Below, piece by piece: positions 52,769 to 61,857 of a stretch of DNA of 64,000 nucleotides (its first letter is position 1; each line of letters opens with the position of its first letter). Below the pieces are notes generated by a model. It saw only the letters and a list, made by a program, of their open reading frames with translations, searched no databases and was not told the origin of the DNA. Position numbers and translations under genes: made by a program. The DNA lies in contig JAGWTI010000004.1 in NCBI GenBank assembly GCA_028876065.1, positions 3,547 to 67,546 of the forward strand, given 5' to 3'. The DNA is from Nitrospirota bacterium. GTDB lineage: Bacteria > Nitrospirota > Nitrospiria > Nitrospirales > Nitrospiraceae.

Positions 52769-53374
52769 ATGGCATTCGACGCGGCCAAGCACGCCAGGTT
52801 TCGGGCCCAAATGGCCAAGCGCATCGCGGAACTCAAAGGCAAGACGGAGGACAGCCTCGACTTTGCCATGGACCATATGATGCAGGACCGGGTGGACAGC
52901 TATTTCAAGGTCGAAGAGGGACTGGAAGAGATCGACCGGACCCTTGCGCTGATCGAGGAGGAGCTGGTCGCGATCCAGGATCAGAGCGGGGCGTTCCGCC
53001 TCCAGTCCCGGTTGGAGTTCGTCGAAGACCGGTTTGAAGAGTTCGACAGCGAGATCCGGCAACGGCCGAAGCGCCGCCGCCGGCGGATCAATTTCGCCGA
53101 CTTCTTCAAGACGGCCGGCGGGGGCGGGGAGATACCGGCTGCTCGCGGCGAAATCGGGAGCGTGTCCGAAGCCTATGCCGTGTTGGGGTTGGAGCTCGGC
53201 ACGGCCATGGCGCAAGTCACCGCGGCGTTCCGCCAGCGGGCCAAGAAGCTGCATCCCGATGCGCGCAAGGGGGATCGCAGCGCGGAACCGGAGCTCCGCC
53301 GCATCATCGAAGCCTATCAATACCTGAAGGAACAGCTGAGCGTATCCATGACGGAGCCGCCCCGTGAGGTGTGA
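52769..53374 (+). CDS. J-domain protein with the J-domain at the C-terminus (201 aa)
   Basis: 'EAYAVLGLELGTAMAQVTAAFRQRAKKLHPDARKGD...IIEAYQYLKE' (HPD motif). The N-terminal half is helical, with a 'RQRPKRRRRR' tract. The maximal ORF starts at 52676. Confidence 0.75.
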   Translation: MAFDAAKHARFRAQMAKRIAELKGKTEDSLDFAMDHMMQDRVDSYFKVEEGLEEIDRTLALIEEELVAIQDQSGAFRLQSRLEFVEDRFEEFDSEIRQRPKRRRRRINFADFFKTAGGGGEIPAARGEIGSVSEAYAVLGLELGTAMAQVTAAFRQRAKKLHPDARKGDRSAEPELRRIIEAYQYLKEQLSVSMTEPPREV

Positions 53375-53407
53375 CCGGTTGCCACATCCCAAGGTGAATG
53401 CCATCGC

Positions 53408-54601
53408 ATGACCCAGCCCACGCCCCACTATATTGCCGATCATGCCGCCTTGCAGGCGCTCTGCGTCCGTCTGCGGGCACATCCGCGGTTCGCCCTGGAT
53501 ACGGAATTTGTGGGGGAGGACAGTTTCGTGCCCCGGCTGGAACTCATCCAGGTGGCGGCGGGCGACGTCAGCGCGGTGATCGATTTTCCCGCCATCGGGT
53601 CGCTCGGCGACTTTGCGGCGTTGCTCCACGATCCGGGCATCGAGAAAGTGGTGCACGCAGGACGGCAGGATTTGGAACTGTTCTATGCGCATACGGGGCG
53701 GCTTCCGGCGTCGGTATTCGATACCCAAGTGGCGGCCGCCATGGTCGGCTACGGGACGCAGGTGGCCTATGCGCAACTCGTTCAGCGCATCGTCGGAGCC
53801 AAACTGGACAAGTCTCACACGCTCTCGAACTGGAGCCAGCGGCCGTTGGCTCCCGAGCAGATCGCCTATGCGCTCGACGACGTTCTGTACTTGCTGGAGG
53901 TGCACGAGCATCTCCAGCAACGCCTCCGGTCCTTGGGGCGTTTGGACTGGGTGCAGGAAGAATTCCGGCGCATGGAGAGCAAGTTGGTGGAGGCCTCGTC
54001 GGACGCCGGTCTCCGGTATCAACGGGTCCGGGGGTGGGACGGGCTGAAACCCAAATCGGCGGCGGTCCTCCGGGAGTTGGTGAATTGGCGGGAAGGGGAG
54101 GCCAAACGGCGGAACGTGCCGCGGGGGCGGATCGTGCGGGACGAGGTGTTGCTGGAGCTGGCGCGCCGCGCGCCTGCGACCCCTTCAGCCCTGCGCGCGA
54201 CGCGCGGGTTGCATGCCTCGGAAGCGGAACGCAACGGCGCGGCCATCCTGGCGGCGATCAAGGCCGGCCTGGCTCTGCCTCCGTCGGAATGGCCGGAGAT
54301 CCCGCGCGAGCGCAAGCCTGAACCGGAGGCTGCCGGGCTGGTCGAGCTGCTGCAAGCCGTGTTGAAGGCCTGCGCGCTGGAAGCCGAAATCTCGCCCAGC
54401 TTGCTGGCCAGTGCGTCGGATCTGCAACAGCTGGTCGAGGCCAAGGAGAATCGAGAGGCCGTCGATGTGCCGGTGCTTCGGGGCTGGCGAAGGGCGTTGG
54501 CCGGCGACGTCTTGCTCAAGGTTCTGGGTGGGAGCATGACCGTCTCGGTCGATCGGCGGAGCGGCCATATTCGGATCACACCGCGGACGGCGGAGGAATA
54601 A
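53408..54601 (+). CDS. rnd: Ribonuclease D (397 aa)
   Basis: DEDD exonuclease motifs 'FALDTEF', 'KVVHAGRQDLE', 'YALDDVLYL', followed by an HRDC-like region. Confidence 0.9.
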   Translation: MTQPTPHYIADHAALQALCVRLRAHPRFALDTEFVGEDSFVPRLELIQVAAGDVSAVIDFPAIGSLGDFAALLHDPGIEKVVHAGRQDLELFYAHTGRLPASVFDTQVAAAMVGYGTQVAYAQLVQRIVGAKLDKSHTLSNWSQRPLAPEQIAYALDDVLYLLEVHEHLQQRLRSLGRLDWVQEEFRRMESKLVEASSDAGLRYQRVRGWDGLKPKSAAVLRELVNWREGEAKRRNVPRGRIVRDEVLLELARRAPATPSALRATRGLHASEAERNGAAILAAIKAGLALPPSEWPEIPRERKPEPEAAGLVELLQAVLKACALEAEISPSLLASASDLQQLVEAKENREAVDVPVLRGWRRALAGDVLLKVLGGSMTVSVDRRSGHIRITPRTAEE

Positions 54602-54700
54602 GGATCCCTTCTTCTTGCCGTTGATCATGCTGTGCCTGGCGCAGGCCGTCAACGGGTGGCGGTGTCGATGACCGGGCCGTGGTTTCTGCAGAACAGCCGA

Positions 54701-56371
54701 ATGAATCCCTCCATGAAAGTCCTCCTTGCGGCGGCAATCGTCGTCGCTCTGATCCCTTCCGCCCTCGTGTATCACGGTGTCGAACTGGACGGAGACGATG
54801 TGCTCTATGCGCGGCTGGCGTCGGCCTTGGCCGACGGTCAGCCCATGTTTGTCAGTAACAGTCCCCACTCGTATCGCTTGGGCTTTATCATTCCGGTGGC
54901 CCTGTTCTATCGACTCTTTGGACTACATGACTGGACGACGGTCGCGTATACGGTTCTGACGGCCGGCGGGACGGTGCTGGTCGTCGCCTATGCGGCGCTG
55001 CGATTGTACGGCGGCTGGGTGGCTGTCTCGGCCGTCCTGTTGTGCGGCTTCCATCCGGTTCTCTATTCTACAGGCTCCAGTGGCATGCCCGATCTTCCCG
55101 CCGGCTTCCTCTATGGGGTCTTTGTCGTGGGGTGGGTGTTGGCCGCGACGGGACGGGCCGGCAACCGGGGCATCTGGGCCTGGCTGTCCGGTATCGCCAG
55201 CGCATGGGCGGTGGTGACGAAGGAGAGCACGGCCCCGATGATTCTCCTCACGCTCGCGGGATTCTTGTTCGTGGGCCGGAGGCACGCTGCACAGGGAGGG
55301 TTTCCCTTGGGGGCATGGCTGCTGGGGAATTGCCTCGTGGGGATGCCCTACGTGCTCTATCTCTGGAGAGAAACCGGGGATCCGCTGATTGTCCTCCATG
55401 CGATGCAGCGTGGGTACAACATGCCCGGCGCTCCGTGGCTGCACCCCCTCGAGGGGATGCACTTCGTTGCCAGGCTCACAGGGCTGTCGATTCTTCGGGC
55501 CTGCATGGAAGGCTACGTGTTGGCGGTATTGCCCGTCCTGATCGCGTTTGCCTTGAGCAAAACGGTCGTGGCCGATGCCGAAGCGGATCAGGCCAGTCCA
55601 TACTTCATGGTGGCCACGATTGCGCCCGTGGCGATTTTAAGCCATTTCTCGACCAGCTTCAGCCAGTGGTCGCCGGTCCATCTGGATATGCGCTTCGGAA
55701 GTCCGCTGATCATCCCCGGGAGCATCCTCGCCGCGGTTGCCTGCGTTCATATCCGGAATGTGGAGCTTCAGACTCTTGCGCGAGTCGGGGTCTGGGCAAC
55801 GCTCCTCTTTGCCTGCGGCTTGTCGGGGTTGGGGCTGTTTCAGGGCAATGTGTGGCTCGCCAAGGGAGCCGTCGCGACGTTCGGAGGGGGGCTGGCGGTG
55901 CTGGCTGCGCGCAACAGGCCGCAATGGTTCTTGCCGACTATGCTGGTGCTGCTGTTGGCGGGGAATCTGGCTGTGTATCGAGTCGTGAAGTATGCGCCAT
56001 TGATGGCCCACAATGACGCCATCCGCGATGCCGTCGATGCCGTGCCGAGGGATCCCGCCTGGCCGATTCTGACCGATCATGAAATGGCGAGAGCGGTGCA
56101 ATACGTTCACCGGTTCGATGCGCGATCGGTTGTCGAGATCTGGACCTTGTCGGGGCTCGCGGGGCATCCGTTTTATTGGGCGGCGGAGCGAGCCGAGCCA
56201 TGGAGCAAGCCCTATCTTTTAGTGTGGCGGCCGGCAGCAGCCAAGGCTCTGGCTGCTGCATGGGGCACACAGGTGCCTCCCTGGGTCGTTGATGAAGTGA
56301 CCCGGGGCACGCTCGTGAAAGGATTTCCAAACGAACCGGGAGCGGGGGTGTATCGAGTGGGCGCCGACTGA
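54701..56371 (+). CDS. GT-C fold membrane glycosyltransferase (family 39 / ArnT-PMT-like)
   Basis: More than 10 predicted TM helices. The first-loop acidic motif 'ELDGDDVLYARLA' is typical of GT-C enzymes. ATG at 54701 or 54713. The maximal ORF starts at 54632. Confidence 0.65.
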   Translation: MNPSMKVLLAAAIVVALIPSALVYHGVELDGDDVLYARLASALADGQPMFVSNSPHSYRLGFIIPVALFYRLFGLHDWTTVAYTVLTAGGTVLVVAYAALRLYGGWVAVSAVLLCGFHPVLYSTGSSGMPDLPAGFLYGVFVVGWVLAATGRAGNRGIWAWLSGIASAWAVVTKESTAPMILLTLAGFLFVGRRHAAQGGFPLGAWLLGNCLVGMPYVLYLWRETGDPLIVLHAMQRGYNMPGAPWLHPLEGMHFVARLTGLSILRACMEGYVLAVLPVLIAFALSKTVVADAEADQASPYFMVATIAPVAILSHFSTSFSQWSPVHLDMRFGSPLIIPGSILAAVACVHIRNVELQTLARVGVWATLLFACGLSGLGLFQGNVWLAKGAVATFGGGLAVLAARNRPQWFLPTMLVLLLAGNLAVYRVVKYAPLMAHNDAIRDAVDAVPRDPAWPILTDHEMARAVQYVHRFDARSVVEIWTLSGLAGHPFYWAAERAEPWSKPYLLVWRPAAAKALAAAWGTQVPPWVVDEVTRGTLVKGFPNEPGAGVYRVGAD

Positions 56372-56449
56372 GGGAAGGGCCCGGAGGCTCAGCGGAGGGC
56401 CTTGGCAGACGGCATCAGGCTGTTGGCCCAGTGTGTTTTCGATGCTCGG

Positions 56450-56800
56450 CTAAAGCAATTGTTTCACGGCCTCGGCCGGTCTCGCCAGGATGACCCGCGA
56501 GCCCTTTTCGACGAGTGGGCGCTGAATCAGGTCCGGGTGGGCGACCATCAGGCCGATCAGCTCATCTTCCGTGAGCGACTTCTTGGCCAGCCCCAGTTCC
56601 TTGTAGATGTCTTCCTTGGTGCGGAGCACATCTCTGGCCGAGAGGCCGGCTTTGGTCAGCAACTGTTTCAGCGCCTCCTTCGTGAACGGCGTCTCGTAAT
56701 AATTCACGGCTTCGTACGGCTGGCCGCTCGCCGCCACGAGCTTGATGGCTTCCCGGCAGGTGCTGCAAGTCGGCTTCTGATAAATCGTCAGTTTGTCCAT
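56450..56800 (-). CDS. ArsC/Spx/YffB-family thioredoxin-fold protein with an N-terminal CxxC (116 aa)
   Basis: ATG at 56800 with an AAGGAGAAG SD. 'LTIYQKPTCSTCREAIKL', 'LIQRPLV'. Confidence 0.85.
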   Translation of the reverse strand: MDKLTIYQKPTCSTCREAIKLVAASGQPYEAVNYYETPFTKEALKQLLTKAGLSARDVLRTKEDIYKELGLAKKSLTEDELIGLMVAHPDLIQRPLVEKGSRVILARPAEAVKQLL

Positions 56801-56918
56801 GCGGAGGCTTCTCCTTCTCTCATCGGTCTCGTCTTGACCTCGTTTCTCAGCCCGTGTTACAAGCGGAGTCTCTCGCCATGAACGACCACAGCTGAACGAG
56901 GATGAGGTCCCGGAACCC

Positions 56919-57287
56919 ATGCCGACCGCTGGAACCAGCTCAAGCGGAAACTTTGCCGTCGCTCAGCCAGGGCAACGGACCCTCAAGGACTTGCGAACGA
57001 AACGCAAGGGGCAACCGGTGTTCGTGGTCGGGCATGTCCCCGATCGCAAAGGTCAAGAGGCGGTGTTTGAACTGTTCAATGTCCGCCTGGCGGTGGTGAA
57101 GTTTCCCGACGGGGCCCTTCTGGGGTTCGATCCCGCCGAGCTGTTGTTGCCCACAGAGATTGACGACGCCGGCGTGGCCTACTTTGAAATTCGGCAGTGT
57201 CGGCAGTGCGAGCAACCGTTTCCCCTCACGCATGAAGAGGCGGAGGCTGAACAAGAGCCGACGGTCTGTCCCGCCTGCTCCCCGTAG
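56919..57287 (+). CDS. Hypothetical protein with a C-terminal CxxC...CxxC zinc-ribbon (122 aa)
   Basis: ATG at 56919. 'RQCRQCEQPF...TVCPACSP'. Confidence 0.5.
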   Translation: MPTAGTSSSGNFAVAQPGQRTLKDLRTKRKGQPVFVVGHVPDRKGQEAVFELFNVRLAVVKFPDGALLGFDPAELLLPTEIDDAGVAYFEIRQCRQCEQPFPLTHEEAEAEQEPTVCPACSP

Positions 57288-57306
57288 GCCCCAAGCCGGG
57301 CCTTGC

Positions 57307-57699
57307 TCAATCGACGAGCGGACCGAACTCCAGCGCTTTCTTGATCAGGCAATCTCCGGCAATGCCCTGCAGGGACATCGGCAACATGCCGGCGTCCAGG
57401 ACGCGCACGGAAACGATCCGATAGCCCTCCTGGTTTTTCCAGGCTTCGGCTTTCAAGGCGTGACATATTTCCAGTTTTCGCCAAATCAGGTTGTCGAGGA
57501 TCGGGTCGGTGGGGATCAAGGTCGCTTCCGATGCAGGTCCGCCTTCAGATACTTGAGCGACCACGTGCCGCCTGTCTTTCGAGACTTTGGTGACGACGGC
57601 AAAAATCACCGGCGGGTCCTGTTGCGGCAGGGCTGTGGTGGCGGAGAAGACGAAGATCGTAGCCGCCACGAGTCCAACCTTCCATCCACGCATACTCAT
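57307..57699 (-). CDS. Secreted hypothetical protein (130 aa)
   Basis: ATG at 57699; the ORF-track start at 57702 is a GTG. Signal peptide 'GLVAATIFVFSATTA'. Confidence 0.55.
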   Translation of the reverse strand: MSMRGWKVGLVAATIFVFSATTALPQQDPPVIFAVVTKVSKDRRHVVAQVSEGGPASEATLIPTDPILDNLIWRKLEICHALKAEAWKNQEGYRIVSVRVLDAGMLPMSLQGIAGDCLIKKALEFGPLVD

Positions 57700-57712
57700 C
57701 ACTCGTGCCCTT

Positions 57713-57955
57713 TCACGGCGTTGGTGACGGTGCCGTCATCGTGTCCGTCGGGCGGGCTGGCGGCGGTACGGACGGTCCGCCATGGCTGATCGCGCTGGTG
57801 CCGACCAGCTTGGAGGGTGTGCCGGGAGGAGGCGCAATCAACGAGTCCTGCCGATTCGTACGCGCAGGCTCTATCCCGTTTTGCATCCACAGGGTCAGCC
57901 CCGTGAGCAACGCGAGCCCTCCTGCCAGCAACACGATGAGTCTTGAACGGGTCAT
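57713..57955 (-). CDS. Hypothetical membrane-anchored Pro-rich protein (80 aa)
   Basis: ATG at 57955 with an AGGA-type SD. 'LIVLLAGGLALLTGLTLW' is followed by a Pro-rich tail. It lies immediately upstream of the 57307..57699 gene. Confidence 0.3.
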   Translation of the reverse strand: MTRSRLIVLLAGGLALLTGLTLWMQNGIEPARTNRQDSLIAPPPGTPSKLVGTSAISHGGPSVPPPARPTDTMTAPSPTP

Positions 57956-58113
57956 GAATCCTGGCCTTGCGGTGGGAGGCACGGCGGCGCTCCCACGAGC
58001 CTTCGCATTTCAGTATGCCAAGCCACGTCTTCCAATGCAAGGCGGCAAGACGGATGGGTTCTTGACGGGCCCGATTCCGGGCCTCTATGATTTCCGGAGA
58101 GGAGAGGGGAGAT

Positions 58114-59247
58114 ATGCCGCACGACTTCATGCCCGGCCTGGCAGGGGTGCCCGCTGCCAAGTCCGCCGTCAGCGATGTGGACGGCGGGCGGGGAGTTTTG
58201 GAATATCGGGGGATCGGCATCGAAGAGCTCTGCGCCAAGTCCTCTTTTCTGGAAACCGCCTGGCTGCTGCTCTTCGGAGGCCTCCCAACGCGGTCGGATT
58301 TCGACCGGTTTGCCCGCGATGTGACGCGGCACCGCCGGATCAAATACCGCATTGTGGAGCTGATCAAGTGCTTGCCGGATCAGGGGCACCCGATGGATGC
58401 CCTGCAGGCGGCTGTGGCGGCGCTGGGCATGTTTTATCCGGGCCGCAATGTCGCGGACGCGGACAACAATTACTGGTCGGCGGTGCGGCTGATCGCCAAG
58501 CTGCCCACGATTGTCGCGGCCTATGCCAGGCTGCGGCGCGGCGACGACTGCCTGCCGCCGCGCGATGATTTAGGCTTTGCCGACAATTTCCTCTACATGT
58601 TGACGGGGCAGGCCCCCGACGACGTACTGAGCCGGACGCTGGACGCGTGTCTCATCCTGCACGCCGAGCACACGATGAACGCCTCGACGTTTGCCGGGAT
58701 TGTGACGGCTTCGACCCTGGCCGACCCCTATACGGTCGTGGCCTCGTCCATCGGTGCGCTGAAGGGGCCCTTGCACGGAGGTGCGAACGAAGAAGTCGTG
58801 CAGATGCTCCGTGACATCGGCGAGCCAGGGAATGCCAGGCCCTACGTGGCAGGGCTGCTGGCCGAGAAGCGGAAGCTCATGGGGTTTGGGCATCGGGTGT
58901 ATAAAGTCAAAGATCCGCGCGCCACGGTCTTGCAGGGCCTGTGCGAGCAGGTCTTCCGGAAATGTGGGGCGTCGCCGCTCTACGAGGTGGCGGTGGAAGT
59001 CGAACGGATTTCGACAGAGCTCCTGGCCGGGAAACCGATCTACCCCAACGTGGACTTCTATTCCGGGATCCTCTACGACAAGATGGGGATCGAGGCGGAT
59101 TGCTTTACGCCGGTCTTTGCGATGGCCCGTGTGGCCGGCTGGCTGGCTCACTGGTTTGAGCAGCTCCGTGAAAACAAATTGTACCGCCCGGACCAGATCT
59201 ATGAAGGCGAGCACAACCGCCCCTACGTCCCCTTGAGTCAACGATAG
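58114..59247 (+). CDS. gltA: Citrate synthase (small, about 377 aa type; citrate versus 2-methylcitrate specificity unresolved)
   Basis: 'GALKGPLHGGANE', 'MGFGHRVYK..DPRA', 'NVDFYSG'. ATG at 58114 with a GGAGAGGGGAG SD. Confidence 0.9.
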   Translation: MPHDFMPGLAGVPAAKSAVSDVDGGRGVLEYRGIGIEELCAKSSFLETAWLLLFGGLPTRSDFDRFARDVTRHRRIKYRIVELIKCLPDQGHPMDALQAAVAALGMFYPGRNVADADNNYWSAVRLIAKLPTIVAAYARLRRGDDCLPPRDDLGFADNFLYMLTGQAPDDVLSRTLDACLILHAEHTMNASTFAGIVTASTLADPYTVVASSIGALKGPLHGGANEEVVQMLRDIGEPGNARPYVAGLLAEKRKLMGFGHRVYKVKDPRATVLQGLCEQVFRKCGASPLYEVAVEVERISTELLAGKPIYPNVDFYSGILYDKMGIEADCFTPVFAMARVAGWLAHWFEQLRENKLYRPDQIYEGEHNRPYVPLSQR

Positions 59248-59632
59248 CCGTCCCTCCAATTCGGTCAACCGTGCGCCCCGCTGCTGTCTCGCCGTGCGGA
59301 CTGTCTCTCCCTGTTGCGAGTGTGCGGGTAATCTTTGTGCCGCACGATTCTGATCGCGTGGATGTATAGGATAATTTCATGCGGGATCGGTTGCGGCCCG
59401 TGGCTTGATTGCATGCCGGAGATCTGCTGGAGGAAGGACGCAAGATGGCGTCAAAGGTCTTCTGGTGGAGAGTCGCAACGGGGGAGCGCATCGGTTGGGT
59501 ATCAACGAGCAGGGCCAAGATGGAGCCCATGAAGTGTAATTCAGCCGCTGGTTGGCGATCAATGGGGCATGATGGCGGCCACGAAGCCGCCGGTGCCTTC
59601 GCGATGACTATCGGAAGAATGGCGATAAAATC

Positions 59633-59661
59633 TTGACAAATCATGAAGTTGTGTGCACAAT
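59633..59661 (+). promoter_or_regulatory. Sigma-70-like promoter TTGACA-N17-CACAAT in front of the EPS-export gene block
   Basis: TTGACA at 59633..59638, a 17 nt spacer, and CACAAT at 59656..59661. The first ATG of the downstream maximal ORF (59643) lies inside the spacer. Confidence 0.35.
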
Positions 59662-59723
59662 CACTTAAATCTTCAGGCTGGCGAGCATGGCAAGGTAACC
59701 TGCCGGTAGAGGGCCAAGGTCAC

Positions 59724-60551
59724 GTGCATTACGAAGACTATTGGGGGCTGAAGCTCTCGCCGTTCGAAAACGTCCCTGATCCCAAGTTCTATTTCCCTTC
59801 GCCGAAACATGAAGAGGGGCTGCACCGGCTGCTCTACGGCGTAGAAGCTCGGAAGGGCGCGCTGTTGCTCACGGGCGAGATCGGCTGCGGCAAGACCACC
59901 CTCAGTCGTCAGTTCATCCAGCATCTGGCGCATGAAAAGTATGATACGGCGTTGATTGCCAACCCGGCCATTGATGCGCAGGAGTTTATCGGCGAGGTGT
60001 TGTATCAATTTGGACTCACCGGGGGAGGGAGCAAACTCGACCGGTTGCATCAGCTCAACGAGCATCTGCTGGAGAATCTGAAAAAAGGCAAAGACACCGT
60101 CGTCATCGTGGATGAAGCGCAGGCGATCAAGGACGACAGCGTCTTCGAAGAACTTCGGCTGCTCTTGAATTTCCAGCTCAATGATCGGTTCTTGCTCACG
60201 TTGATTCTGCTGGGCCAGCCGGAGTTGAACGCCAGGATCAACGCCATTAAGCAATTTTCGCAAAGGATTGCCATACGGTTCCACCTGCCGGCCTTCGATC
60301 TCGAAGAGACGGCGAAGTATATGGAATTTCGTCTGCAGACCGCCGGGGCAGACCGGCGGCCGATTTTTTCCCAAGATGCGATCGAGTTGGTCTTCCGGAG
60401 TTCCGGCGGGATTCCGCGAAACATCAACACGATGGCGGACCTGGCGTTATTGAGCGGATTCCTCGAGCGAAAGGCGCAAGTCGATGGTCCGGTCGTCAGC
60501 CGTGTCATCGCGGACTTTAACTTAGGAGAGGTCCATGGCTCGGCTCACTGA
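59724..60551 (+). CDS. ExeA/GspA-like AAA ATPase of the type found in PEP-CTERM/EPS loci
   Basis: 'YWGLKLSPFENVPDP' is an ExeA-type N-terminus. 'LTGEIGCGKTTL', 'VVIVDEAQ'. A GTG at 59724 (AAGG/GAGGG upstream) is proposed. The maximal ORF starts at ATG 59643. Confidence 0.75.
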   Translation: MHYEDYWGLKLSPFENVPDPKFYFPSPKHEEGLHRLLYGVEARKGALLLTGEIGCGKTTLSRQFIQHLAHEKYDTALIANPAIDAQEFIGEVLYQFGLTGGGSKLDRLHQLNEHLLENLKKGKDTVVIVDEAQAIKDDSVFEELRLLLNFQLNDRFLLTLILLGQPELNARINAIKQFSQRIAIRFHLPAFDLEETAKYMEFRLQTAGADRRPIFSQDAIELVFRSSGGIPRNINTMADLALLSGFLERKAQVDGPVVSRVIADFNLGEVHGSAH

Positions 60552-61812
60552 TCTGATCAGGGGAGCAAAGGCTCCGGCGAGCGCCCAGCCGCCGGATGAG
60601 GCAGGAAAGCCGAAGGCCGACACAGACGCCTCAGCCAAGGCGGCGGCTGAGCCGGCGAAGCCAGCGCAGCCGCCGCTGAGCCTGAGCACGTTGAAGGAGT
60701 TAGTCGGACGCAACGCGGCCAAAACGCCGGCGGCGGCTGTGAGCGTGCCACCTGCCGCCTCCGTGCCTCAGCCGACGGATGCAACCCAACAAACGCAAGG
60801 CGCAACTCAGGCGGCCATTCTGAAGGCGCCGCCGATCGAGCCGGTTGTGCCGCTCACGCAGGCCCGGACTGCCGTGTTGGAATTGCCGCCGGAGTTGACG
60901 GGCTTCACCACCCAGGCAACCGTCTCTCCGGCGGTGCACGTGGATTGGTATGGCAAAGCTGAAGCCGCCCTTGAGGGCATCGGCGCGGCGATCGGCAAGC
61001 AGCGTGCGGTGTCGCTCGGCGAGCTTCCGCAAATTGCCGAAGGCATGGCGGAGTCCCTTTCCGCAGACGACCGTCTTCTGGTGCGTGCCATCTCCCATCA
61101 AAGCGGTCCCTCCTTGATCGGCAACATGGTGCATGTCGCGATTTTCGGCGTGAAGATCGGCATGGGGCTGGGCTATCGGCCGGATGAACTGGCTAAGCTG
61201 GCATTGGCGGCGCTGGTCCACGACTTGGGGATGTTTCAATTGCCGTCCGAGATGCTGGAGCAGCATGGCCGCTGGTCTGAGGAGCAGATCGCGCTGTTAC
61301 AGCGGCATCCTCAACACGGCGCCGAGCTGCTCAAGCAGGTGGCCAAAGCGCATGCGTGGCTGCCCGAGATCGTACTGCAAGAACACGAGCGTGTGAACGG
61401 ATCGGGGTACCCCAAAGGCTTGCAAGGGCCGCAGATCCATGAATTCGCGCTGGTGATCGGGTTGGCGGACGTCCTGGACGCCATGCTGCGATCGAGAGCG
61501 ACCCGCAAGGCTCTGCTCCCGCATGAGGCCGTGCGTTTGCTCCTGACACGAGAGAAAGCCAGTTTTCCCACGCGCATTTTCAAAAGCCTCCTCCAGCAGT
61601 TTTCACTGTTTCCCGTCGGCACCTGGGTGAAGTTGACTTCGGGAGAGATCGGCGAGGTCTTCCGTTCGAACCCGCGTTTTCCGTTGCGTCCCGCGGTCAA
61701 GATTATCATCGATCAGAGCGGGCAACGGCTGCGCGAACCGAAAGATCTGGACTTGAGCGGGTCGCCCCTGGTCCATGTGGCGGAAATTGTGGACGCGCTT
61801 CAGCTGACATGA
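60535..61812 (+). CDS. HD-GYP domain protein (c-di-GMP phosphodiesterase family) with an Ala/Pro-rich N-terminus (425 aa)
   Basis: ATG at 60535 with an AGGAGAGG SD, overlapping the previous gene by 17 nt. 'LVHDLGM', 'HPQHG', 'HERVNGSGYPKGL'. Confidence 0.85.
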   Translation: MARLTDLIRGAKAPASAQPPDEAGKPKADTDASAKAAAEPAKPAQPPLSLSTLKELVGRNAAKTPAAAVSVPPAASVPQPTDATQQTQGATQAAILKAPPIEPVVPLTQARTAVLELPPELTGFTTQATVSPAVHVDWYGKAEAALEGIGAAIGKQRAVSLGELPQIAEGMAESLSADDRLLVRAISHQSGPSLIGNMVHVAIFGVKIGMGLGYRPDELAKLALAALVHDLGMFQLPSEMLEQHGRWSEEQIALLQRHPQHGAELLKQVAKAHAWLPEIVLQEHERVNGSGYPKGLQGPQIHEFALVIGLADVLDAMLRSRATRKALLPHEAVRLLLTREKASFPTRIFKSLLQQFSLFPVGTWVKLTSGEIGEVFRSNPRFPLRPAVKIIIDQSGQRLREPKDLDLSGSPLVHVAEIVDALQLT

Positions 61813-61857
61813 TGAGCGCCCTCCCTTGGGGATGGGCATGATGTGTCGCTGCCGACC

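Noticed and set aside
59248-59632. About 385 nt gap after citrate synthase, examined for an sRNA, riboswitch or small gene (ORFs 59335..59532 and 59409..59636)
   Set aside because: I found no convincing hairpin/terminator, conserved RNA motif or RBS-preceded ORF. The region is left unannotated apart from the promoter-like element at its 3' end.
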